From: Chlamydiia bacterium
Lineage (GTDB): Bacteria > Chlamydiota > Chlamydiia > Chlamydiales > JAAKFQ01
NCBI GenBank assembly: GCA_041688145.1
Contig: JBDNIV010000016.1
Span: 1 to 15,334, forward strand
Reading direction: 5' to 3'
Length of the DNA: 15,334 nucleotides
Made by a program: the position numbers and the translations under genes. Under the pieces are notes generated by a model, which was given only the letters and a program-made list of their open reading frames with translations, did no database searches and was not told where the DNA came from. Of this stretch, positions 7,287 through 15,334 are shown piece after piece. The first letter of the stretch is position 1. Each line of letters opens with the position of its first letter.

Positions 7287-9416
7287 ATGTTTGAGCTTGG
7301 ACTTGCCCTCAAGTATTTAATCCCACGCAAAAAAAGTTTATCTGCCTCTCTTGTAGCCCTTTTATCGACGGGTGTGATAGCCCTTGTAGTGTGGCTCGTT
7401 CTTGTCTTTTTTTCTGTTACAAGAGCTATGGAGTCGACCTGGCTTGATAAGATCACAAGCCTTAATGGTTCTATTCGTATCACTCCCACAGAAGCATACT
7501 ACAGCTCGTATTACTACAAATCTGACGCTTTTGCCCTAAACTCAGACTATACTCATAAGACTCTTGGTCAAAAGCTTATAAGTGCTAAAAGTGATCCTAT
7601 CAATCCTGATATTGATGAAGATTTCCATGAAGCATATCTAGAGAAAACATTGAACTCTGATGGCTCTGTTAGGGACCTTGTTAAAGATCTTAAGAGCACT
7701 TTAAAAAAACATAGCGATAACACTTCTTTTAGTGAAATGCATGTCACAGGAGGCTCACTGCGCCTCCGCCTTATTCGCGACGCTCCTTCTGGAGCTTTTA
7801 CAGGAGAAAAAACGCAGAGCTTCTTATCCTCTGTGCCCTATTTTTTCTCTTTAGACTCTCACAACCCCAAAATTGCCAATACCTTAGAGCCTATTTCAGC
7901 TGACGATATGACGGGGCTTATTGCAATGCTGAGCCAAGAAAACTCTAGTGCTCTAGAAGAAAGCCCTCTATCTGAAAGTCGAGCTTCTCAAAAAGAAATT
8001 GAAAACCGTTTAAGTGCATTATTTTCTCAAGTAGATATTTCTGAGCTTAGCTTGAAAAAGCGCATTCCCATCTCTTTTAGTGCTTTTCCGAGTTTAGGAA
8101 AAATAGTTACCTATACTCATATAAGCCCCCAGGGGAAATTTTTGGCCGCTTACTTGCAAAAGCCAACTCATATAGAAACTCTTCCATCTACCTTAACTTT
8201 CCACCCTGACAAAGTCGAATTGTCCTTAGAAAAAAGCGCAAAGAAATCTGCTAAAAACGTGCCTGACCTAAAGATCAGCTTCGATAGAAACGCAGTTAGA
8301 CCCCCTTTATTTCTTCCTTCTAAAACGCCTTTAAAAGTAGCCAATCTAACTTATCAAAAAAGCACTATCCAAACATCGTGTAGCTTTTTCATGAAAGGTT
8401 ACTCTAAAGAGTCCATATCTATTAATTTAGACCTAGATTCAGATGACTTTAACGTTGTCGAAATGAAAATCAAGCCCTTATTAAAAGCTGAATCTTCTAC
8501 CCTCTACCTTCCCTACTGGTCATATGCTAAAGAGGACCACACATGTTACTTACCTGAGCATACAGATTTAGGGGCTGCTATCCTTTTACCTAAGAGTTTT
8601 AAAGAGAAAGGCGCTCGTCTAGGAGATGTCGGCTATTTAGGTTACTCTGATGTCCAAATCACAGGCACAAAAGAGCAGCGCCAACGCGCTTATGTCGCTG
8701 GCTTTTACGACCCAGGCTTAAGCCCTTTAGCGGGACGTATGATTATTGCGAGTCCAAAGACTGTCACGACCATTGCCTCAACCCAAACTCAGTATGAATT
8801 TGACCGCACGCTTGGCAATGCTTTTATCGGCTGGACGCCCAGTCCTAAAGGAGCTCAAAACGCCCAAAAAGAGATCCAAAAAAGCTTAGCTAGTGCTGGC
8901 TTAGCCTCTTTTTTCTCAGTAGACACTTACCTTGATTATGAGTTTACTCGACCTTTTCTGATGCAATTTCAAAGCGATCGCATGCTCTTTGTACTTATAT
9001 CTGGGTTAATCCTAATAGTTGCCTGCTGCAATGTTATCTCTTTCTTAGTTCTTTTAGTCCAAAACAAGCGGGGTGAAATTGCTATCTTAAGCTCTATGGG
9101 AGCTTCTAAGAAAAGCATATGCCTTATTTTTTGTTTATGTGGCGGCTTGATTGGACTTATTGCAGCGACTGTTGGATCATTAGCAGCATCGATTACTGTA
9201 TATAATTTAGAAGGTCTTATAAATACCTTAAGCTTTCTTCAAGCCCACCCCGCATTTAGCAGTGATGGCTTTGGGATAGCAAAAGGCGTTTCTATAGGAC
9301 CTACTGCTCTTTGTATTACGTTTGCTTTCTCAACGCTCTTGTCTATGTTAGCTGGCGCTATTGCTGCTGTAAAAGCTTTAAAGCTTAGCCCTTCGCAAAT
9401 TCTGAGGTCTCCATGA
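7287..9416 (+). CDS. ABC transporter permease, LolC/E (FtsX/MacB-like) family; putative lipoprotein-releasing system subunit
   Basis: N-terminal MFELGLALKYL plus one TM, a very large soluble domain, and a C-terminal FtsX domain (ILIVACCNVISFLVLLVQNKRGEIAILSSMGAS ... PSQILRS). ATGA overlap with the downstream ATPase. Confidence 0.88.
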   Translation: MFELGLALKYLIPRKKSLSASLVALLSTGVIALVVWLVLVFFSVTRAMESTWLDKITSLNGSIRITPTEAYYSSYYYKSDAFALNSDYTHKTLGQKLISAKSDPINPDIDEDFHEAYLEKTLNSDGSVRDLVKDLKSTLKKHSDNTSFSEMHVTGGSLRLRLIRDAPSGAFTGEKTQSFLSSVPYFFSLDSHNPKIANTLEPISADDMTGLIAMLSQENSSALEESPLSESRASQKEIENRLSALFSQVDISELSLKKRIPISFSAFPSLGKIVTYTHISPQGKFLAAYLQKPTHIETLPSTLTFHPDKVELSLEKSAKKSAKNVPDLKISFDRNAVRPPLFLPSKTPLKVANLTYQKSTIQTSCSFFMKGYSKESISINLDLDSDDFNVVEMKIKPLLKAESSTLYLPYWSYAKEDHTCYLPEHTDLGAAILLPKSFKEKGARLGDVGYLGYSDVQITGTKEQRQRAYVAGFYDPGLSPLAGRMIIASPKTVTTIASTQTQYEFDRTLGNAFIGWTPSPKGAQNAQKEIQKSLASAGLASFFSVDTYLDYEFTRPFLMQFQSDRMLFVLISGLILIVACCNVISFLVLLVQNKRGEIAILSSMGASKKSICLIFCLCGGLIGLIAATVGSLAASITVYNLEGLINTLSFLQAHPAFSSDGFGIAKGVSIGPTALCITFAFSTLLSMLAGAIAAVKALKLSPSQILRSP

Positions 9417-10138
9417 GCGAAAGCCCAAATCATAAAAGCGACTTAAGAAAAAACTCACCTCTTTTAGAGCTGAAAAGTGTCTCTAAGGTTTTTAGCTTTC
9501 CAGAAGAAGTTACTGTCCTTGATAACATCAATTTGCAAGTACACCCAGGTGAATCTATAGCTCTTGTGGGCGCCTCTGGAAAAGGCAAGAGCACGCTCTT
9601 ACACATAGCAGCTGGTCTAGAGGTTCCAAGTGCAGGCTCTATAGAAGTACTTGGCAAAACACTGACGTCTCAAAACGCACCTAAAGTACGCTCTCAACAC
9701 ATTGGTTTTATCTATCAATCTTTTCATCTTTTAGACGATCTTTCTTTGATTGACAACGTCACTCTTCCTTTGAAAATAGCGCGTAGTTTCGATAAGGAAA
9801 AAAGCGTTAAAAAAGCAATTAGCCTTTTAGAAAAGGTGGGCTTATCTCACCGCTTACAGTTTCCTGTAAAACTCTTATCTGGAGGAGAAAAGCAGCGTGC
9901 AGCTATTGCAAGAGCGCTTATTACAGAGCCTGATCTTGTGTTTGCAGATGAACCCACAGGAAATCTAGATGTTAAAGCATCTATGAAGGTCTTTGAGCTG
10001 CTCTTAGCCTGCGCATCTAAAAAACGCAGCGTTATTATTGCTACGCACAACCTAGAGCTTGCAGCTCTATGTTCTAGAACTTTTTCTCTAGGTTCTTCTC
10101 TTGAGCTACCTAAAGCATCTACTAAAATCTCTGTGTAA
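9413..10138 (+). CDS. lolD: ABC transporter ATP-binding protein, LolD-like
   Basis: Walker A GASGKGKST, Q-loop IGFIYQSFHLL, signature LSGGEKQR, Walker B/D-loop FADEPTGNLD, H-loop ATHN. Confidence 0.88.
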   Translation: MSESPNHKSDLRKNSPLLELKSVSKVFSFPEEVTVLDNINLQVHPGESIALVGASGKGKSTLLHIAAGLEVPSAGSIEVLGKTLTSQNAPKVRSQHIGFIYQSFHLLDDLSLIDNVTLPLKIARSFDKEKSVKKAISLLEKVGLSHRLQFPVKLLSGGEKQRAAIARALITEPDLVFADEPTGNLDVKASMKVFELLLACASKKRSVIIATHNLELAALCSRTFSLGSSLELPKASTKISV

Positions 10139-10155
10139 ACTGAGTTTAAGCCCAT

Positions 10156-10184
10156 TTGCTGCTAAATAAAAGGCATGTTAGAAT
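10156..10184 (+). promoter_or_regulatory. Sigma70/sigma66 promoter directly upstream of the sugar transferase ATG
   Basis: TTGCTG-N17-TAGAAT with an extended -10 TG (10176-10177). The ATG at 10192 follows the -10 box after 7 intervening bases. Confidence 0.55.
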
Positions 10185-10191
10185 TACTTTT

Positions 10192-10914
10192 ATGTCTAAT
10201 AAGCAAACCAAGACTTTAAGGCGCAGACGCGTCCATAAAAGACCTACTGACACAAAAAACCTTATTGAAGAGGCTCGTCTTTTTGAAGATATTCAAGAAG
10301 TTCGAAGTTTTTTCAAACGCGCCTTTGATATTGTCTTTTCTCTTTTTGCTCTTGTGGTCACTCTCCCTATTTGGCTGACTATTCCCCTTCTAATTCGCTT
10401 GACCTCTAAGGGAAAAGCTATATATGCAGCTGAGCGAATGGGGCAAGGGGGAAGGAAAATTTACTGCTATAAGTTTCGTAGTATGTATAGCGATGCAGAT
10501 GTCAGGCTCAAAAGCCTTTTAGATAATGATACCTCTCTTCGCAAAGAGTGGGAGGAAAACTGGAAGCTAAAAGACGATCCCCGTATCACGCCTTTAGGCC
10601 ATTTTATTCGCAAAACTTCCATCGATGAAATCCCCCAATTTCTAAATGCTTTGAAGGGTGATTTGAGCGTCGTTGGGCCAAGACCTCGCGTGCATAAAGA
10701 ACTCTCAGCTCTTCCTTCAAACCATGTAAAAAATCTTCTCACAGTAAGGCCGGGCATCACTGGACTATGGCAAACATCAGGAAGAAGTCAAATAACCCTA
10801 AAAGAGCGCATCGATATGGATGAAGCTTACTTAGAGAAAAGAAACTTTTTTTATGATTTTTACCTCGTACTGAAAACGATTCCTGTAACGCTTTTTTCTA
10901 GAGGAGCATGTTAA
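10192..10914 (+). CDS. Monotopic phosphoglycosyl transferase (bacterial sugar transferase; WbaP/ExoY/WcaJ catalytic domain)
   Basis: Motifs KRAFDI, YKFRSM, KLKDDPRIT, RKTSIDEIPQFLN, LSVVGPRP, VRPGITGLWQTSGRS. I prefer ATG 10192 over the track's TTG 10156, which coincides with a -35 box. Confidence 0.92.
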   Translation: MSNKQTKTLRRRRVHKRPTDTKNLIEEARLFEDIQEVRSFFKRAFDIVFSLFALVVTLPIWLTIPLLIRLTSKGKAIYAAERMGQGGRKIYCYKFRSMYSDADVRLKSLLDNDTSLRKEWEENWKLKDDPRITPLGHFIRKTSIDEIPQFLNALKGDLSVVGPRPRVHKELSALPSNHVKNLLTVRPGITGLWQTSGRSQITLKERIDMDEAYLEKRNFFYDFYLVLKTIPVTLFSRGAC

Positions 10915-11916
10915 ATGGGAAAGAAAATTTTAGTCACAGGAGCTGGCGGCTACATTGGCGCTCATATCTGCAAAGCTTTAGCAAATAGCGGCTTTGAGCC
11001 TTTGGGGTTTGATGACTTTTCCATGGGGCACAAAAGCGCCACTCTATTCGGCCCTTTTGTTCAAGGCTCTCTTTTAGACAAAGAAACATTAAAAAAAATA
11101 TGCCTTGAACATAAGCCTATCGCTGCTATTCATTTGGCTGGCAAAACACTTGTGGGCGAGTCAATGCAAAAGCCTGCTCTATACATCGAGCATAACTGCA
11201 CAGGTACAGCTAACTTAGCTGAAGCTCTTTTAGAAAGTGGCTGTAATAAGATTATCTTTTCTTCTAGCTGCGCTATCTACGGCAATCCTGAAAAACTCCC
11301 TCTAGATGAAACGCACCCTAAAAAACCTATTAATCCTTATGGAGCCTCTAAGCTCCTTGCAGAAAGGACACTTGAACATTTTAGTGACCTTTTTGATCTC
11401 TCTTATGTAGCACTTCGTTACTTTAATGCCGCAGGCGCTGATCCTGAAGGGGAAATTGGTGAAAAGCATTCCCCTGAGACTCATTTAATTCCCCTAGCTA
11501 TTGAAGCTGCTTTAGGCTTAAGAGGCCCTTTATCTATCTTTGGATCTGACTTCCCCACGCCTGATGGCACAGCAATTAGAGACTATATCCATGTGTGTGA
11601 TATCGCTTCTGCTCATATGAAAGCTCTAGCCAAACTTCTTGAAGCTCCTTTAAGAGTAGGCCTTAATATTGGAACAGGCATAGGCTACTCAGTAAAAGAG
11701 GTTATCGAAGCCGTCTCTTCTTTAAAAAAAGTACCTTTTGCCTATGCACCAAGACGAGCAGGCGATCCTCCCGAGCTTGTAGCAAACCCCACAAAAGCAC
11801 AAAAGCTCCTAGACTGGAGCCCAAAATACTCGAGTTTGCAACATATTATTGAGACTGCCTACAATTGGCATAAAGGCCAGTTGGAACAAGGGACCCCAGA
11901 TTGCTTAAAGTCTTGA
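10915..11916 (+). CDS. galE: UDP-glucose 4-epimerase
   Basis: ILVTGAGGYIGAH (NAD binding), FSSSCAIYG, YGASK (YxxxK), LRYFNAAGAD, PETHLIP, TPDGTAIRDYIHV, RRAGDP. Confidence 0.95.
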   Translation: MGKKILVTGAGGYIGAHICKALANSGFEPLGFDDFSMGHKSATLFGPFVQGSLLDKETLKKICLEHKPIAAIHLAGKTLVGESMQKPALYIEHNCTGTANLAEALLESGCNKIIFSSSCAIYGNPEKLPLDETHPKKPINPYGASKLLAERTLEHFSDLFDLSYVALRYFNAAGADPEGEIGEKHSPETHLIPLAIEAALGLRGPLSIFGSDFPTPDGTAIRDYIHVCDIASAHMKALAKLLEAPLRVGLNIGTGIGYSVKEVIEAVSSLKKVPFAYAPRRAGDPPELVANPTKAQKLLDWSPKYSSLQHIIETAYNWHKGQLEQGTPDCLKS

Positions 11917-11924
11917 AAGAGTTT

Positions 11925-12419
11925 ATGAGGAAGTTTTTACTTGCTCATAGCAATCATCTCTGGGAAAGAGGCTCGCTTATTTTAGGCTTTACTCTCTTTG
12001 TCTTCTTCCCAAACTTGGCTCCTTACTGTTTTACCCCCTATGCGATTGCTCGTGTATTTGAGAGAAATGAACTCCCCTCTCTTATCATCTTTGCTCTTTT
12101 AGGCTTTATTAGTGATGCCATAGGCAGCGCTTTTTTCTTTGGGTTTTTCACCTTGTGCTTTGCTGTTATCGGCGCTTTTATTTATTCATTAAAACACTTT
12201 TTCCTACTTAGCCGAGAATCTGCTTTTGGCTTTTGCTTTATCTTTAACCTCATTTTTGCCAGCACGAAAATGATCTATATAGGATTTTTTTTAGAAGGGA
12301 ACAATCTTTTTTTTGGCACTTTCTTCACTGAACTTATCGCAATTCCCATGTTACTTGCTTTTGTCTGTATGCATCTGTACATGGCTCAGCTGAGCGCAAT
12401 TTCAAAAAAACACTCCTAA
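11925..12419 (+). CDS. Small polytopic membrane protein, possibly MreD-like
   Basis: About 5 hydrophobic segments. LLGFISDAIGSAFFFGFFTLCF resembles the MreD GxxxD-x4-6-G pattern. ATG 11925 is preferred over TTG 11901, which lies inside galE. Confidence 0.55.
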   Translation: MRKFLLAHSNHLWERGSLILGFTLFVFFPNLAPYCFTPYAIARVFERNELPSLIIFALLGFISDAIGSAFFFGFFTLCFAVIGAFIYSLKHFFLLSRESAFGFCFIFNLIFASTKMIYIGFFLEGNNLFFGTFFTELIAIPMLLAFVCMHLYMAQLSAISKKHS

Positions 12420-12436
12420 CAGACCCCAAGCCATTA

Positions 12437-12466
12437 AAGGCCCAAATATGTTACTATCTGGGCCTT
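12437..12466. promoter_or_regulatory. Inverted repeat enclosing an extended -10 element just upstream of folD
   Basis: AAGGCCCA-N14-TGGGCCTT (perfect 8-bp arms) surrounds TGtTACTAT (12449-12457) and ends at the base before the folD ATG. Confidence 0.45.
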
Positions 12467-13333
12467 ATGATTATTGATGGCAATAAGACAGCTCAGGGCA
12501 TTTTTAAAAAGGTAGCAGAGGAAGTAGCTGCTTTTGAAAAAAAACCGCATCTAGTAGTTGTGCTTGTAGGAGAAGACAGCGCTTCAAAGCGCTATGTCTC
12601 TAGAAAGCAAAAAGCATGTAATGATGTAGGCATTCGCTCAACAGTCATCCACCTTCCAGAAAAAACTTCTGCCAAAACTTTAGAAGAGGCCCTAGCAGCT
12701 CTTAATGAAGATAGTGATGTCCATGGAATTTTACTCCAACTCCCCTTGCCAAAACCGTTAGATGCTAAGAAATTTACAGCCCTTATCAAGCCTGAAAAAG
12801 ATGTAGATGGCCTTTGTTGTGAAAATATGGGTAAGCTCCTTTTAGGTGATATGAGCGGCTTTATCCCCTGTACGCCTTTAGGTATTCAAAGGCTTTTGAA
12901 AGCTTCTAACGTTTCTGTTGAAAGCAAAAAAGTTGTAATTGTGGGGAGAAGTGCTATTGTAGGAAAGCCCCTTGCTGCACTTCTTATGCAAAATGCCCCT
13001 GATTGCAATGCTACAGTGACTCTTGCTCATAGCAAAACAAAAGACCTTAAAGCGCTTACTCAGACAGCTGACATCTTAATTGTAGCCACAGGCTCCCCTG
13101 CCCTTATCACAGAAGATTGGATTAAAGAAGGCGCAGTAGTTATTGACGTCGGTATTACAGAAGTAGAAGACCTTTCTAAAAAAAGCAAAAAACGCCTTGT
13201 AGGTGATGTTGATTTTAAATCAACAAGTCAAAAAGCAAGCTTGATTACACCCGTACCTGGTGGTGTAGGACCGATGACAATCGCAAGCCTTTTAACCAAT
13301 ACTGTTAGAGCCTATCAAAAGAGCCTCTTATGA
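12467..13333 (+). CDS. folD: Bifunctional methylenetetrahydrofolate dehydrogenase / cyclohydrolase
   Basis: YVSRK (YxxxK), VHGILLQLPLP, PEKDVDG, PCTPLG, VGRSAIVGKP, VIDVG, ITPVPGGVGPMT. Confidence 0.97.
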   Translation: MIIDGNKTAQGIFKKVAEEVAAFEKKPHLVVVLVGEDSASKRYVSRKQKACNDVGIRSTVIHLPEKTSAKTLEEALAALNEDSDVHGILLQLPLPKPLDAKKFTALIKPEKDVDGLCCENMGKLLLGDMSGFIPCTPLGIQRLLKASNVSVESKKVVIVGRSAIVGKPLAALLMQNAPDCNATVTLAHSKTKDLKALTQTADILIVATGSPALITEDWIKEGAVVIDVGITEVEDLSKKSKKRLVGDVDFKSTSQKASLITPVPGGVGPMTIASLLTNTVRAYQKSLL

Positions 13334-14370
13334 ATAGAGCGCTTATTATAGCATTTATTAGTCTCTCTTTAGCCAGCCTTAGCAGCTGCTCTAACAAGAG
13401 AGAAAGTGCTTCTTCTCAATTAGAAAGCCCAATCTCTAAAAATACTTTTAAACCTGTAGAAATATCGGGCTGGATTATGGAAATGCCGTATCATGTCCTG
13501 ATTGGTGAGACCCTTTCTGATACTGAGCAAAAAAGCCTAAAAACCTCTATTTTAGCTGTTTTTTCCGATATCAATGACACTTTCAATAAGTTTAATCCAA
13601 ACTCAGAACTCTCTCGACTGAACCGCTTAAAAGCATACGAAAAAGCGCCTATCTCAAAGCCCTTGGCCGATATGCTTTTGTTTTGTAAAGAGATCCATAC
13701 TTTATCTGAAGGGCGGTTTGACCCTACTGTAGAAAAAGCTATGCAATTGTGGAAAGGATCCTTAGAAAAAGGTGCGCTTCTTGATAAAGCTCAGCTAGAA
13801 GATGCACGAGCATCTATCGGTCTTGATAAAGTACATTTAGATAAAGGCATTTTCTATAAAACAGCAGATAACCTAGCTATAGATCTTGGAGGTGTTGCTA
13901 AAGGGCATGCTATTGATCTTATTGCAGATATGCTCAGAGCAAAAGGAATTAAATCAGCTCTCATTAATTGGTCAGGAGAGCTTTGCGCTTTTGGAGAGCA
14001 TCCTGAAAAAAGAGCGTGGCAAGTCATGATCCCAGCTTATGTAAAAAAAGGAGTCAAACTTCCTTTAGAAAATCAAGCCTTAGCAACCTCAGGAGATTAC
14101 TTGCAAAACTGGAGCGTGGCTGTTAAAGATAAGGTCATGACATTCTGCCATATATTGGACCCTAGATCAGCTTGGCCTCTTGAGATAAAGCCTAAGAGTA
14201 CAGCTTGTGTTAGTGTGGCTGCTAAAAGTTGTATACTTGCAGATGCTTTGGCCACAAGCGCTATGGTTTTTCAAGACTCTAAAACACTAGAGCTCTGGAT
14301 ACACAAGGTAAAAGCTGCATATCCTGAGACCTCTTTTTGGACTCTTCAAAGAGAAGGAGTTTCTTTATGA
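13330..14370 (+). CDS. apbE: FAD:protein FMN transferase (ApbE lipoprotein)
   Basis: Lipobox-like LSSC; motifs SELSRLN, SEGRFDPTV, IDLGGVAKGHAID, ALATSGDY, HILDPR, ADALATSAMV. Confidence 0.93.
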   Translation: MNRALIIAFISLSLASLSSCSNKRESASSQLESPISKNTFKPVEISGWIMEMPYHVLIGETLSDTEQKSLKTSILAVFSDINDTFNKFNPNSELSRLNRLKAYEKAPISKPLADMLLFCKEIHTLSEGRFDPTVEKAMQLWKGSLEKGALLDKAQLEDARASIGLDKVHLDKGIFYKTADNLAIDLGGVAKGHAIDLIADMLRAKGIKSALINWSGELCAFGEHPEKRAWQVMIPAYVKKGVKLPLENQALATSGDYLQNWSVAVKDKVMTFCHILDPRSAWPLEIKPKSTACVSVAAKSCILADALATSAMVFQDSKTLELWIHKVKAAYPETSFWTLQREGVSL

Positions 14371-14966
14371 TTCGGTGCTGTTTTTTTGATATTGGCAATG
14401 TTTGTGTTTTTTTTGATGAGCGAAAAACAATTCATACTGTGGCTCATTTGTGCGGCCTTGAACCAGAAGCTATTGAATCTTTTATGTGGGATGAAGGCAT
14501 AGCTCACCGCTACGATACAGGCGCTTTAAGCTTCAATGAAATTCACACACTTTTAGAGAAAAAATGTAGCCGCAAAATACTGCCTAAAGATCTAAGGAAA
14601 GCCTTTTGTGTTGGCTTTTCTGCGAATCCTGAGATTGAGCCTATTATCTGGAGCTTGAAGAAGAAAAATATCCCTATGTTTGCAATCTCAAATACGTGCG
14701 ATGTCCACTTTGAGCATCTCTATAAGCACTACCCCATTTTACGCCTTTTTACAGGCTATATCCTCTCCTATGAAGCTAGAAGCCTCAAACCTGAGCCCAA
14801 GATCTTTCAAGCAGCTCTGGCCAAAGCTGGTGTGGCTGCAAAAGATTGCTTCTATGTCGATGATATCCGAGAATATACAGAAATAGGCCAAAAGATGGGC
14901 ATGAAGGTAGCTGTTTACCGCGATGCACGTCTTTTGGAAAAACGATTAGGTGAGTTAGGGATATGA
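14367..14966 (+). CDS. HAD-superfamily phosphatase (subfamily IA, YihX-like)
   Basis: Motif I FFDIGNV, motif II ISNT, motif III LKPEPKIF, motif IV YVDD. ATG 14367 overlaps the apbE stop (ATGA), with AAGGAG at 14354-14359. Confidence 0.88.
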   Translation: MIRCCFFDIGNVCVFFDERKTIHTVAHLCGLEPEAIESFMWDEGIAHRYDTGALSFNEIHTLLEKKCSRKILPKDLRKAFCVGFSANPEIEPIIWSLKKKNIPMFAISNTCDVHFEHLYKHYPILRLFTGYILSYEARSLKPEPKIFQAALAKAGVAAKDCFYVDDIREYTEIGQKMGMKVAVYRDARLLEKRLGELGI

Positions 14967-15334
14967 CAAAAGAAAAAAATGAACCTTTTCATGGTAAGAT
15001 AAGCGTCCACCCTCGAGGGTTTGGGTTTGTATCAGGCTCTGCTTCTGGACAAGACGTCTTTATTCCTAAGCCCTTTATCAGTAGCGCTCTTGATGGAGAT
15101 ACTGTCGAAGCTATAGTGACTGATGAGTCTAAAAAAGGCTTAGAGGGAAAGGTACTGGCGATCATTGAAAGAGCGCGTAGTGAGTTTGTCGGCACAGTGA
15201 CTGAGCTTTTAGATAATGGGATAGCTCAAGTGCTGATCCCTGTTGTTAGCCGAGAAAAACCCGCTAAAATCCGCGTAGGCAAAGAGTGTAAAGTCGGCGA
15301 TCGTATTATTTTAGAAGTAGATGAGTGGAAAAAT
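14963..15334 (+). CDS. rnr: Ribonuclease R / RNase II family, N-terminal part (3'-partial)
   Basis: Manually translated and open to the window end: MTKEKNEPFHGKISVHPRGFGFVSGSASGQDVFIPKPFISSALDGDTVEAIV...EGKVLAIIERARSEFVG. This is the HPRGFGF / DVFIP / ALDGDxV cold-shock OB domain of RNase R. ATGA overlap with the HAD gene. Confidence 0.88.
   Translation, partial: MTKEKNEPFHGKISVHPRGFGFVSGSASGQDVFIPKPFISSALDGDTVEAIVTDESKKGLEGKVLAIIERARSEFVGTVTELLDNGIAQVLIPVVSREKPAKIRVGKECKVGDRIILEVDEWKN

Noticed and set aside
12420..12466. THF or ZTP riboswitch upstream of folD
   Set aside because: The intergenic space is only 47 nt and shows no recognisable aptamer consensus.
472..15195. Short antisense or alternate-frame ORFs in the track (for example 472-705, 1003-1260, 4669-4869, 5086-5433, 7202-7489, 9847-10155, 10467-10760, 14989-15195)
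   Set aside because: They overlap well-supported genes, lack recognisable motifs and look like shadow ORFs. The similar antisense ORFs in the two paralogues simply reflect the duplication.

Overview
A gene-dense, roughly 40% GC bacterial chromosome segment. It is most likely from an environmental member of the phylum Chlamydiota, based on the Chlamydia-type L33 sequence, the rpmG-permease-lolD order and the membrane protein-folD-apbE order. The left part (1-6718) looks accessory. It holds a 5'-truncated SLC12/CCC cation-chloride cotransporter homologue, a minus-strand pair (outer-membrane beta-barrel plus a GT28 MGDG-synthase-like glycosyltransferase) and a divergent plus-strand run of two tandem 183-aa paralogues plus a LicD-family protein. 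The right part is mostly housekeeping: tRNA-Leu(TAG), rpmG (missing from the ORF track), a LolC/E-like permease, lolD, a WbaP/ExoY-like phosphoglycosyl transferase, galE, an MreD-like membrane protein, folD, apbE, a HAD phosphatase and the start of rnr (also missing from the track). I saw no CRISPR array, transposase, integrase or reverse transcriptase. The best candidate for an undescribed system is the divergent five-gene cassette at 2298-6718, in which every product has a signal-peptide-like N-terminus. That interpretation is inference only.
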